Shown here in pieces: positions 51,453 through 64,000 of a DNA stretch of 64,000 nt (the stretch's first letter is position 1; each line of letters starts with the position of its first letter). Source of the DNA: Octopus vulgaris (Eukaryota); NCBI GenBank assembly GCA_951406725.2, contig OX597831.1:23436001-23500000 (forward strand). The letters run 5' to 3'. A program made the position numbers and the translations under genes. The notes beneath the pieces were generated by a model. It made no database searches and was not told the origin of the DNA. It saw nothing but the letters and a program-made list of their open reading frames with translations.

Positions 51453-51862
51453 AACATCATCATCATCGTTGTTTAACGTCTGCTTTCCATGCTGGCATGG
51501 ATTGGATGGTTTGACTGAGAGCTGGCGAGCCAGAATGCTGCACCAGGATCCAATCTGATCTGGCAAATTTTCTACAGCTGGATGCCCTTCCTAATGCCAA
51601 CCACTCCAAGAATGTAGTGGGTGCTTTTACATGCCACTGGCATGAAGACCAGTCAGGCAGTACTGGCATTGGCCATGCTCAAATGGTGCTTTTTACGTAC
51701 CACCAGTACAGAGGAGCCAGTCAGATGACACTGGCAACGATCACGCTTGAACATATATATATATATTATCATCATCATTATCATTTAACATCCATTGTCC
51801 CCGCTAGTATAGGTTGGATGGTTTGACCAGGTCTGGCAAGCTGGAAGGCTGCACCAGACTCC
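51453..51862 (-). mobile_element. Two family C copies (51453-51750 and truncated 51767-51862)
   Basis: (cat)n tails and core as at 22757. Confidence 0.85.
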
Positions 51863-51864
51863 TG

Positions 51865-51898
<34 letters not shown>

Positions 51899-52969
51899 TG
51901 TATGTATGTATGTATATACATATGTATATATGTGTGTGTGTGTGCGTCTGTGTATGCATGCATGTTCATGCATATTCTAATGAAGCTTAAATGATTAATG
52001 TGATTTTAAGTTGAAAATGGTTCTTTGTTTCGTTTTTACTTCAAACATATGAAATATTTGTGTTCTGTAGCGACTTTGCAATGTGTATGCAATATTTCTG
52101 CTGTGTTCCATACTGTTTTGACTTTTGTGTGTGTATATGTGTGTGTATGTATGTGTGCGTTCTGCATTGTGCATTTTGCGTAGTGCTTGTATTATGAATG
52201 TGTGTGTGTGTGCACGTATGTGTATTTATATATATATGTATTTGTGGTAGAATTGTCAGGTATTGAAACAACAATTGAAACCAGGAAGGAATGCATACAC
52301 GTGCTTACGCATATACTGACATACATATATATATATATACATACATACATACATACATGCACACACACACACACGCATATATATACATACATACATAGAT
52401 ACATCTATGTGATATGAGAACATAAACACACACGTCTACACACGGATACACGCAGACACACACAGCTTTTCACAGCATAACATAAACATGTTTGTACATG
52501 TATAAACTTGAGGTATTTCATTACACACACACACATGCACACGCACACACTTATGTATTTATACTTACAGATATACACACGAATGCAAACTAATACACAC
52601 ATGCATTTCCCCATATATTCACACACGTACTCACGCACATCTATAAATACATACACATCTACTCACTGATCACACCTGCTCATACACAGATACACACACG
52701 CACACACACACACACACACACACGCACAAACACACACACACTGCTCTGCTCGGCATATAAAGCACGTAGTCTATGTAATTAGATAGTGTTTGTGGTTATA
52801 ATGTTTCATTCCAACGTGACTATGTTCCATCATGTTCAGCCATGACAGCGATCCATCGTAAAGTTAAATTAAACATGTAACTAATTCACACAAGCTGAAC
52901 AATTAAATTATATATCAGTGTTGAAAACCAATAAGAAATTGTCTTCACTAACTAAGAATAGAATTTAGA

Positions 52970-52998
52970 TTGTCATTATCATCATCAATACCATCATT

Positions 52999-53029
<31 letters not shown>

Positions 53030-53785
53030 CCGGCAGCATCATTTTCATAATCAGTATCTTCGTTGTATCATCATCTTCATAATCCTCATCTTCTTCATCC
53101 TTGTTATTCTCATCATTTCTGTTGTCATCGTCAGTGGTGGCGTTATCATCATCATCGTCGTCATCGTCATCATCATCATCAGTATCCTTGCTGTATCCTC
53201 ATCTTCATCCTTGTTATTCTCATCATTTCTGGCATCATCATCATTGGTGGCGTCGTTATCATCATTATCGTTGTCATCAACATCCTTTTCATCATCAGTA
53301 TCCTCGCTGTATCCTCATTCTAATAATCCTCATCTTCATCCTTGTTATTCCCATCATTTCTGTCATCATCATCATCATCATCGGTGGCATCATCATTATC
53401 ATCATTATAGTTGTTGTCATCATCATCAACATCATTTTCATCATCAGTATCCTCACTGTAATAATCTTCATCTTTGTTATTCTCATCATTTCTGGCATCA
53501 TCATCGTCGTCGGTGGTGGAGGCCTCATCATCATCATAATAAGCATCAGCATCTTTATCCTCTTAATTATTTTTATCGTTATCATCATCATCATATTCTT
53601 CAACTTTGTCATCTTCATCAGCATCTTCAGTGTCTTCCTTCACTTCACCATCATCATCATTCTCAACTTTCATCCCCATCTTTGTTATCATCAAGTTCCT
53701 CTACTTCCACTGTCATTCTCATCATCATCATTATAATCGTCATAACAATAATAATCATCATAATCATCATCGTCATCATCATTTC
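52970..53785. repeat. Degenerate (CAT)n low-complexity tract with ~110-130-bp recurring unit
   Basis: cttgttattctcatcatttctg recurs near 53100, 53210, 53341 and 53474. Confidence 0.88.
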
Positions 53786-54078
53786 TCCCTGCTACTATAT
53801 TAAAAGACAATATGTGTACCGAAGGGATGAAAAGCTACACAAATGGATCAATAAATACAAACACAGACCTAGAACTAATGTACTGGAAATAACAAAGAAA
53901 TGACAAAATGAAACAAAAGTAAACCAAATAAATTATAAAATAATACAAACCAAATCATTATGAATTATTATCAACAATATGGTACAATGATATGTGCAAT
54001 TGTTTCTAAATCATATTCAATATACAAAAACCTCTCCCAGTGTTTTAACAGCAAAGAAATACAATGTAACGCTTTCAT

Positions 54079-54394
54079 TTTTTTTATTTACGCACCCTTT
54101 TCAAGCCTAGCCAGGCTCATGGGCCTGGTTTCCCAGTTTCTATGGCGTATGTGTTTCCCCAAGCTGGACGGGACGCCAGTCCATCGCAGCATTACTCAAG
54201 AAACAGGAAAAGAGAGTGAGATAAAGTTTGGGTGAAAGAGTACAACAGGGGTCACCACCACCCCCTGCTGGAGCCTCATGGAGCTTTAGGAGTTTTCGCC
54301 CAATAAAAACACACAACGCCTGGTCTGGGAATCAAAACCACGATCCTCCAGCTGCGAGTCCACTGCCCTAACCACTGGGCCATTGTGCCGCCAC
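54079..54394 (-). mobile_element. SINE, head type F plus tail type E
   Basis: Tail ctgcgatggactggcgtcccgtccag...gagcctggctaggc and poly-A. TSD taa(c/t)gctttcat at 54067-54078 and 54395-54406. Confidence 0.85.
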
Positions 54395-54544
54395 TAATGC
54401 TTTCATAGATTTGTATAAATTGGATGCACACAATCACACACATACGTTCATACCAGCTTTAGTTCTTCGTGGAGATATAAATACACCAATGGGTTGGCAC
54501 TGGCAGAGAGTCTGATAACCAAAAAAAAACAATGCCACTCACAT

Positions 54545-56050
54545 GGAGAAGAACTACCAACAATTACATGCCAGCTTGCCTGAACCTATTTCTTTAGCAT
54601 CGCCATGATAGCTGATAGTTATAGTATCATCACAACTGAATAAAGTAGCTGGGCAGAAAAGAGTTTGGAATGTGCAAAACAACTTCTAATTAACAGAACT
54701 GTGATGACACGGGTGTGATGGCATAAAAGGAATTTGATTGGAGTCTGAATAGGTTACAAGAAAGCATTTGGTCCTCTTTGCTTTTTTCTAGATGCTAGAG
54801 GCCTTCAACATGCTGTTCCAGACTTCATTTTCCAAACCATAGACAATTTGGCTTCATTCTGGCCTAGTAGCCCAAAGCTTAATTCAGAAAATGATTGTTT
54901 TGTCTTTGATAGAACAAATTATCACAGGTGTATATACCTATTTCTTTATTACCCACAAAGGGCTAAAGACAGAGGGGACAAACAAGGACAGGCATAAGTA
55001 TTAAGTCGATTACATCGACCCCAGTGCGTAACTGGTACTTAATTTATCGACCTCGAAAGGATGAAAGGCTAAGTCGACCTCAGCGGAATTTGAACTCAGA
55101 ACGTAACGACAGACGAAATACGGCTACGCATTTCGCCCGGCGTATATACCTTGGTGTATATACCAAGGAGACAGTCACTCTCTTTATAAGCTTCTACAAT
55201 TGTGGTGCACTCTTAGCTTATTTGTTGAGAAAATCTAAAATGTATATAACTGGCTCACAAAAAGATGGAAGCACCAACCTAATTCAGGTGACTTGAATAT
55301 ACATACAAAACACATGAATAATATGAAGAGTCTTGAATTGGTTGTGACATTCTCAGTGGATGTTGATATGGAGTTTGAAAAAGTTGCTTAGATTTGCTCT
55401 TCCTTTGAAGGGTATCCTTTTGCAATCCAGGAATTAGAAGTGGCAACAAAATATTTGATGGAAAAAAATGGAATAGAAATGCAGATAAAAAAAAGACATG
55501 ATGATGCGACAACTGATTCAGATTTTGTAATTAATCTCAGAAATGTAACTCATTTTATATGCAACTGTTCAAAATCGCCATGGTTTTATCTACCTATGAA
55601 GTATGTTGTTGTGATCAAAATTTTACTCATAGGATAGTTCTGGTGATCTAAAACAAAAACAAAAAAACGTAATAGTTAAGTCAACAACACATTCACTCAT
55701 AACATGAATGAATACTTGTAGAATGTTCTTGTTAAAATCTCGATAAAACAAACCAGACATAATGATTCAGGACAGAGGGAAAAGAAAGTGTGCGCAGTTG
55801 TAGAAATCAGTTGTTCGACAGATGATAGCACAGTGTTAAAAGTAAGGGAAAAAAAATAAAGTATCTATGTTGAATTAATGAGAAATTTGCTGACGCTACA
55901 GCTAGACTACAACTTTAAATTTACACTTGTAACCATTGAAACACTCACTTATGGAATTAACTGTCTCAGCGCCAATCTTAATAAGCTGCGCTTCACATAA
56001 CCAGAAAAGATTTGGTTAAGAAATTACAATTATAAGCCATTAATGGAACT
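54545..56050 (+). mobile_element. Highly degenerate, internally deleted RLE-type (R4/Dong-like) non-LTR retrotransposon
   Basis: Motifs occur in the expected order by manual translation: QLLINRTVM, RNLIGV*IGYKKAF, FSVDVDMEF, EGYPFAIQELEVATKYL, VTHFICNCSK, KPDIMIQDR, CAVVEISC (RT, zinc knuckle, PD-(D/E)xK nuclease). Confidence 0.7.
54937..55143 (-). mobile_element. SINE family D (young), nested in the LINE remnant
   Basis: Reverse complement of 49100-49450 without the insert. Direct repeat ggtgtatatacc at 54927-54938 and 55153-55164. Confidence 0.88.
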
Positions 56051-56409
56051 TCAACAATATAAAATGTTACAGGAGTTTAGTCTTTAGCAAGTATAAATAC
56101 ACTCACATATACTAACCAACGTATATGTGTATATGTACACATATGCAAGTCAGAAGGTACATATTCACAAGAGACATAAACACAGTCATATACATGCATA
56201 AATGATTGCCTAATTGATGTTGTCTGAATGTCTGTGAAGGAATCTTGTTTTGTAGGCTGGAAACTAGCTCTTTCTCTGTTGGGGAGAAATTTTATAAATG
56301 AAATAAAAAGCACTTGACTTACATATAGGCTTATATAAGAGTTACAGTCCATATATATTTCTCTCTAATGGAAAGAAATTCGAATAATCAAACCATTACA
56401 ACCTACATA

Positions 56410-56610
56410 CAAAGGTGTGCTGAAAAGTTTCTGGCTTTAAGGGTATCATGAAAGGCCTAGCTGGAGCCCTAGCTTTCAGAGTTCTTTTACAGGGCTAAAA
56501 AAACTGAAGGACTGCTGCACTGAGAGGGGAATAAGTTTAATAGAACCATTATTAGCTGACCCCACTGCATTTTCTTTTACTGACAGCCAGAAACTTTTCA
56601 GCACTCCTTG
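56410..56610. mobile_element. Tc1/mariner-type MITE
   Basis: TIRs caaaggtgtgctgaaaagtttctggct / agccagaaacttttcagcactccttg, with TA on the left flank. Confidence 0.8.
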
Positions 56611-56694
56611 AACACCTGTAAATTTACAGACGTATATAAAAATTCACATATAATTTCATGCATATATACATATAAAAATGCATTCATAAATGCA

Positions 56695-56921
56695 TACTCT
56701 TTTACTTGTTTGAGTCATTTGGCTGCGGCCATGCTGGAGCACCGCCTTTAGTCGAGCGAATCGACCCCAAGACTTATTCTTTCTAAGCCTAGTACTTATT
56801 CTATCAGACTATTTTGTCGAACTAAGTTACGGGGACATCAACAAACCAGCATCAGCTGTCAAGCGAAGTTGTGGGTGACAAACATAGACACACAAACATA
56901 TTCACACACACACATACATAC

Positions 56922-56988
<67 letters not shown>

Positions 56989-57147
56989 ACGGGCTTTTTT
57001 CAGTTTCTGCCAACCAAATCCACTCACGAGGCTTTGGTCGGCTTGAAGCTATAGTAGAAGACACTTGCCCAAGGTGCCACACAGTGAGAATAAACCCAGA
57101 ACCATGTGGTTGGTAAGCAAGCTACTTACCACACAGCCACTCCTGCA
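56695..57147 (-). mobile_element. SINE family A, full length
   Basis: Reverse complement of 58396-58815. Confidence 0.9.
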
Positions 57148-57555
57148 CATATATAGATTTTCATCCATTCTTTATTCTTTTTAGTTAGTTTTCATCATGA
57201 TCTTGTACACACGTATACATATATACTCATGTACACACACATACACACACACACATGTAGCACCAATGAGCTGTTGAAGCAAGATTCTTTGTAGCCCTGC
57301 GAAACATTCATTGTAGTAAATATATCCAAAGGACGAATAGTTTACAATGAACTCCTCCTTGTTGACCATCTTTAAAATGGTGTCCAGTTTGAGGTAACAT
57401 GACTATCAGACTATTAAATGTCAAGGTGATAAGTGGAACGTCTGTATGGTTGTTTGATATAGTAGAAAATTAGACATGCTTGTATGTGTGTGTGTGCATT
57501 TGCTTGTTTGAGTGTGTGTGTATATGAGCGTGTGTGTGTGTATTTATATAAGAAA

Positions 57556-57820
57556 AATAAAAAACAAATAAATGCACCCTTTTAAAGCCTAGCCAGGCTC
57601 ATGGGCCCGGTTTCCCGGTTTCTATGGCGTATGTGTCCCCCACCTGGACAGGACGCCAGTCCATCGCAGCGTTACTCATTTTTACCAGCTGAGTGGACTG
57701 AAGCAACATGAAATGAAGTGCTTTGCTCAAGAACACAATGTGTCACCCGGTCCAGGAATCGAAACCAGAATCTTACGATCATGATGCTGACACCCTAACC
57801 ACTAAACCACGTGCCTCCAC
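57556..57820 (-). mobile_element. SINE, family B head/CORE plus tail type E
   Basis: 57574-57679 is nearly identical to 54092-54198, and 57680-57820 matches the family B head. TSD att(t/c)atataagaaa at 57542-57555 and 57821-57834. Confidence 0.85.
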
Positions 57821-58395
57821 ATTCATATAAGAAACAAGTTGAAAATAAGGGTCATTACATATTTTCATTTATTGGAGCAAATGTAATAACCATTGTTTTT
57901 AACTTGCTTCTTATATACCAATCTGTGCGAAAACCAGTTTGCTTGGAGCCCATCCATGGATCTAACACATGGAATTGTGATGAACCATAACCTTGGACCT
58001 TGCCACAAGTTTATTCGGAGTTCTTCACTAAGCTAAATAATATTGTTTGCCTGGTGTACCAACAGAGAGCTTATGAAGTATTTTGTCTGGATTGATAATT
58101 CCTCATTACTTGTTCTGTATATATATATATAAATTGAAGTCATAATATATTGATTAAAGTAATCCAGTGGTAGTCATGGAAAGAACTTTCTTTCACCTGA
58201 GGACATAGCTTAAATTCACAATTATTTTGAAGGATCTTCGCAGTTTGTATTAAAGTAAGCATGCAGGTAATTTATTTATTTATTAGATAAAACAATATAA
58301 ATTATTTACATGCTTTCAATTACAAAACAATTGGTCAAGAAATTAGTACTTCATTATTGTTAAATAAAATTTCCTCATCTACATCTTCATTAATG

Positions 58396-58562
58396 CAGGA
58401 GTGGCTGTGTGGTAAGTAGCTTGTTTACCAACCACATGGTTCCAGGTTCAGTCCCACTGCATGGCACCTTGGGCAAGTGTTTTCTATTATAGCCTCGGGC
58501 CGACCAAAGCCTTGTGAGTGGATTTGGTAGATGGAAACAGAAAGAAGCCTGTTGCATATATG

Positions 58563-58595
<33 letters not shown>

Positions 58596-58815
58596 ATATA
58601 TGTTTGTGCGTCTATGTTTGTTCCCCCAACATCACTTGCCAACCAATGCTGAAGTGTATACGTTCCAGTAACTTAGCGGTTAAGCAAAAGAGACCAATAC
58701 AATAAGTACTAGGCTTACAAAAGAATAAGTCCTGGGGTCGATTTGCTCAACTAAATGCGGTGCTCCAGCATGGCCACAGTCAAATGACTGAAACAAATAA
58801 AAGAGTAAAAGAGTA
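58396..58815 (+). mobile_element. SINE family A, full length
   Basis: Head, (TA/TG)n, then tail ending aaaagagtaaaagagtaaaa. Confidence 0.9.
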
Positions 58816-59397
58816 AAACAATTTGTCAAGAAATTGGAATTTCCTTATTGCTAAATAAAATTTCATCAAACTATATCTTTGTTCACTTCTTCAAAGTAAA
58901 GCTTGACAATGGCTTCAAAGTATCAGTTTGCTTACCTTTATCAAACTGTGATTTACATTGGCTTTATATAGTCCTTAATAGACTGCTTTTTATAGGTGGA
59001 GTAATGTGAATGATAGTTCAGTATGTTACAGGTAGACAGGAGAAGTAATCATGTAGGAAGTGGGTAGTTTGGAAGAATAGGAGTTACGTATGTGTTTGTA
59101 GGGTGTAGGTTGATAGAAAGGAATGTGAAGAAATTTATTCTGGTTTGATAGTGGAATTTTATTTTTGTTGTTTAGTGCTCAGTTAGTGGGGTAAAGAAAG
59201 AAGTAAATCCCTGTCATATTCAGGCCACGATATTATTTGTATACAAGTATAGCTTTGTTGCAGTTTAGGGATCATAAAGGAAAGCAGCATAATATATATA
59301 TCGCATGTTTTTGTAACGCTCATTTTATATTGTGTGGATGTACTTTTGTGTGGTCAACAAAGAAAGAATTATCACGGTTGCATATTAGATCAAAGTA

Positions 59398-59679
<282 letters not shown>

Positions 59680-60125
59680 TCGCAAGAAATACAAAGAAAT
59701 GGAGACCAAATGTTAACTGTTGATGGAAGAAAGAAAGCAAGAGTGATCTAACCAAAAGAATAAAAAGTTGAGGTGTGGAGAAATGAAGAAAGTAAACTCT
59801 GAAAATGAATGAGATTAAGTGCAGAGCAAGCATTTTCAATAATTTCCAGCTATTTTATTTTATTTTATTTTATTTTATTTTATGTCATTTTATTTCCTTT
59901 CCAATCCTCCTTCATTTCTATTTTTGCATTTTCTTTATTTTTCTGTTTTCTTTTTCTCTTTCATTTATTTATTTTTTTTTGTTTCATTTAATTTTTTTTT
60001 TTTTTTTTTTGGTTTCTTCTTACTTTGATCATCATCTGTCTTCTCTGCACTTCGGTGATTCTTCGATTCTTCTTTGATTTTTCCTTTTCCCTCCCCCAAT
60101 CTTTGATGCTAGTTTTCCAGTCTTA

Positions 60126-60171
<46 letters not shown>

Positions 60172-60188
60172 TACTATTACTATTATCA

Positions 60189-60319
<131 letters not shown>

Positions 60320-60944
60320 TTCCCCTTGTCTTTGATTGTTATTTTTTTCTTTGATTCTTTCCTGCTTTAATTTATATTCTTCCTCTCTCTTTCTCAACTT
60401 CTATTTTGCTTCTCTGCTTTACTTTTCACCATCATCATCATCATCAACATCAACATTTGTTTTCCTTTTACCATACTTCTTTGGTACTTCTTCCACTTCT
60501 TTTATTTTTCCTCGTGTTTTCTTTCCTTATTCTCTCTTTCCTTATTCTCTCTTTCTTATTCTTCACATTCCCCTTTTGCCTCGCCCTTTCTTCTCTCCTC
60601 TTCCTCTTCATTATATACAGTCATCAACTTCTGTTATATTTCTTTCAAACCCTTCCACTTTACATTCTTTAAGTGCTTTATTTTTACTTTCCTCTTTTAC
60701 CTCATTCCAACAAAATTCCCAAAGTGGATCCCATAAACCTGTCTTCTACATAGCGAGTCAATCGCTAATTATTCTTGCTTCACTAAAATATTTGCTAATT
60801 ACAAAGCATTGAAATAGTTTCCAGTATCAAAGAGGGTACTTTTCCATAAACTTAAATATTAGGGGTTGTTTTTGTTATTCCTCCTTCATTCTTGGTAAGG
60901 ATAGGAGTTGCTATTCTCAAATCAGTCCTAATTCCATCCTGTAT

Positions 60945-61153
60945 ACTCTTTACTCTTTTACTTGTTTCAGTCATTTGACTGCAGCCATGCGGGAGCACCG
61001 TCTTTAGTCGAGCAAATCGACCCCGGGACTTATTCTTTGTAAGCCCAGTACTTATTCTATCAGTCTCTTTTGCCGAACCGCTAAGTGACGGGGACGTAAA
61101 CACACCAGCATCGGTTGTCAAGCAACGCTAGGGGGACAAACACAGACACACAA

Positions 61154-61188
<35 letters not shown>

Positions 61189-61347
61189 CATACATATATA
61201 CGACAGGCTTCTTTCAGTTTCTGCCTACCAAATCCACTCACAAGGCATTGGTCGGCCCGGGGCTATAGCAGAAGACACTTGCCCAAGATGCCACGCAGTG
61301 GGACTGAACCCGGAACCATGTGGTTGGTTAGCAAGCTACTTACCACC
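60945..61347 (-). mobile_element. SINE family A (young), followed by two older tails (61350-61545, 61615-61790)
   Basis: CpG-rich copy colinear with the others. Confidence 0.9.
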
Positions 61348-61579
61348 ATTTATTTGTTTCAATCATAAGATTTTGGCTATGCTGAGCCACTGCTTTGACG
61401 AGCTTTTTAGCTGCGCAAATTGACACCAGGACTTAATTTTGTAAGCCTAGTACTTATTCTATCAGTCTCTTTGCCAAACCGTTAAGTTACAGGGATGTAA
61501 ACACACCAACACCGGTTGCCAAGTGGTGATAGGTGGGGACAGACACACACACACCACACACTCACACAAACACACACAT

Positions 61580-61617
<38 letters not shown>

Positions 61618-61823
61618 TCTCTTTTACATTTTTCAGTCATTTGACTGTGGTCATACTGGAGCCCTGCGTTTAGTTGAACAAATCAACCCCAGGACTTATT
61701 CTATCAGTCTGGTTTTACTAAACAGCTAAGTTTTGGGGACATGAACACACCAGCATCAGTTGTCAGGTGATGGGTTGGGGGACAAAAACATAGAATCACA
61801 CACACACATACAAATATATATAT

Positions 61824-61885
<62 letters not shown>

Positions 61886-62264
61886 ATACATGGTGATAGT
61901 GGTGAGGATGATGATGATGACAGTGATAGTGATGATGATGATGAGAATGGATCCTTTTACCTCTTTATCATATTAAAAAAACAAACAAACATAAAATGGA
62001 CTATTTTGAAGTTTTGCATATTTATGTTACGCACATGATGGGTAATATTTTATTAAGTGTTTTAAGGTTCATTTATTTATTTATTTATTTTTTCCTGTAA
62101 CCTGTAAATTTTCATTTTTCTTTCAAATTTAGAATTCCAAGAGATAAAAATAAACAAAAAAAAAAACAGAAAATCTTACACAAATTCTACCACATAACAA
62201 ACCTACACTACCTCAGGCAGTCTATAAATAGACTCTCTTAAAGTTTGATGTGGGTGCTGTTTTT

Positions 62265-62604
62265 ACCTCCTCCTCCTCCTCCTCCTCTCCCCGCCTCCTC
62301 CCCTCCCCCTCTTTTTTCTTGTTGTTGTTTTCTTCCTCTTCTTCTTCTTCTTCTTCTTCTTCTTCTTCTTCTTCTTCTTCTTCTTCTTTTTCTTCTTCTT
62401 CTTCTTCTTCTTCTTCCACTTCTTTTCTTCTTCTCCTTCTTCTTCTTCCACTTCTTTTTTTCTTCTTCTTTTTCTTCATCTTCCACTTCTTCCACTTCTT
62501 TTTCTTCTTCTTCCACTTCTTTTTCTTCTTCTTCTTCCACTTCTTTTTCTTCTTCTTCTTCTTCTTCTTCTTCTTCTTCTTCTTCTTCTTCTTCTTCTTC
62601 TTCT
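62265..62604. repeat. (CCT)n/(CTT)n polypyrimidine tract
   Basis: Direct reading. Confidence 0.95.
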
Positions 62605-63120
62605 GCGTAAATTTTTTACTCTAAAAAAAAAAAATATTGGCAACTAGAAGCTGCAAAGAACATTTAAAAATAAATGTCATTTGATCATCCCGGGGAAGTT
62701 GCAGAGAAAAGTGAACGGAGTGAAACAGAGAGTTTGGATATTACTGCTGCTGATTCTGTGGCATGTATGTGTTTATGTGTGTGCATGTGTGTGTATTTAC
62801 CTGTGCATATATATATATATAAATATGTACACACTCACACACCCACGTACATATAAACACATATATTTATAGAGAGAGAAAGAGGTGATATTTAATGTAC
62901 GTGTAACAAAGTGTAACATTTACCTCTTAGATTCATTATGTTCTTTAGCATCCATCCAAACCTGCTAAACCTGCTTGCTCTGATGCAACAAAGAGCTATT
63001 TGATACATAAATAAGGCAGGAGTAGGGCACTGTGTGCTCTCTCTCAACAGGCTAGATATAGTCACAAAATCTCTCTCAACCACGCCATATATTCTTTAAC
63101 CTTTTAGCACTTAAACCAGC

Positions 63121-63900
63121 TGAACCTGGCCCAGATATTCTATCTGTTTTATACTCAAACAAACTGGATCTAAACTGTCATTTCACTGAAATCTTGGCCC
63201 AGATATTCGATCTGTTTATGTTGAAACAAACTGGATCTAAACTGCCACAGCATTGAAATCTTGGCCCAGATATTGTATCTGTTTATGTTGAAACAAACTG
63301 GATCTAAACTGCCACAGCATTGAAATCTTGGCCCAGATAATCGATCTGTTTATGCTCAAACGAACTGGATCTAAACTGTCACAGCATTGAAATCTTGGCC
63401 CAGATATTGTATCTGTTTTATATTCAAACTGGATCTAAACTTCACATCACTGAAATCTTGGCCCAGATGTTCAATCTGTTTATGTTGAAACAAACTGGAT
63501 CTAAACTTCACATCACTGAAATCTTGTCCCAGATATTCAATCTGTTTATGTTGAAACAAACTGGATCTAAACTTCATATCACTGAAATCTTGGCCCAGAT
63601 ATTATATCTGTTTATGTTGAAACAAACTGGATCTAAACTTCACATCACTGAAATCTTGGCCCAGATATTCTATCTGTTTACGTTGAAACAAAATGGATCT
63701 AAATTGTCAGAGCATTGAAATCTTGGCCCAGATATTCTATCTGTTTATGTTGAAACAAACTGGATCCAAACTTCACATCACTGAAATCTTGGCCCAAATA
63801 TTCTATTTGTTTATGTTGAAAGAAACTGGATCTAAACTGTCACAGCATTGAAATCTTGGCCCAGATATTCAATCTGTTTTATGTTCAGACTAACTGGATT
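63121..63900. repeat. Minisatellite, 66-67-bp unit, ~12 copies
   Basis: gaaatcttg anchor at 63188, 63255, 63322, 63389, 63452, 63518, 63584, 63650, 63717, 63783 and 63850. Preceded by ttaaccttttagca (63096), resembling a TTAA-MITE end. Confidence 0.93.
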
Positions 63901-64000
63901 TAAATAATCACATCATCTGTTTATCTTGAGTAACAAGATAAAGCATGATTAAATATAAAACCATGTGAATGAATAAGCATTACATTTCAAAGAATAATCT

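Noticed and set aside
53063-53903. 211- and 230-aa ORFs with a hydrophobic or His-rich appearance
   Set aside because: Degenerate (CAT)n tract with several overlapping open frames.
63121-63900. CRISPR-like regular array
   Set aside because: Whole units repeat with no unique spacers; eukaryotic context and no cas genes.

Overview
AT-rich, microsatellite-saturated eukaryotic DNA with no credible intact protein-coding gene. The ORF track is almost entirely translations of simple repeats and SINEs. The repeat content (several tRNA-derived, CORE-like SINE families, abundant (TA)n/(CAT)n/(CTT)n) suggests an octopus genome; this is inferred from recognition, not from a search. The window is probably intergenic or part of a very large intron. 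Identifiable mobile DNA: more than 40 SINE copies or fragments in about 5 modular families, degenerate LINE remnants (RTE-like, R4/Dong-like, CR1-like), TTAA and mariner-type MITEs, Helitron-like elements, a likely solo LTR and several tandem arrays. The main novelty is a set of short modules, mostly embedded in (TA)n tracts and often arranged as head-to-head palindromes, that carry minimal hammerhead-ribozyme (HHR) folds typical of Penelope-like elements (PLEs). These include a G3:C8-swapped core pair, a long-helix-II variant and a tRNA-headed SINE-like element with an HHR tail. In the same context there is a recurring non-hammerhead structured motif (P1 / bulged hairpin / P1' / CCACUGG) that I cannot assign to a known RNA class. 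A candidate recursive splice site (cag|gtaag) lies at 24330. All alignments and folds were done by eye, so repeat boundaries are approximate.
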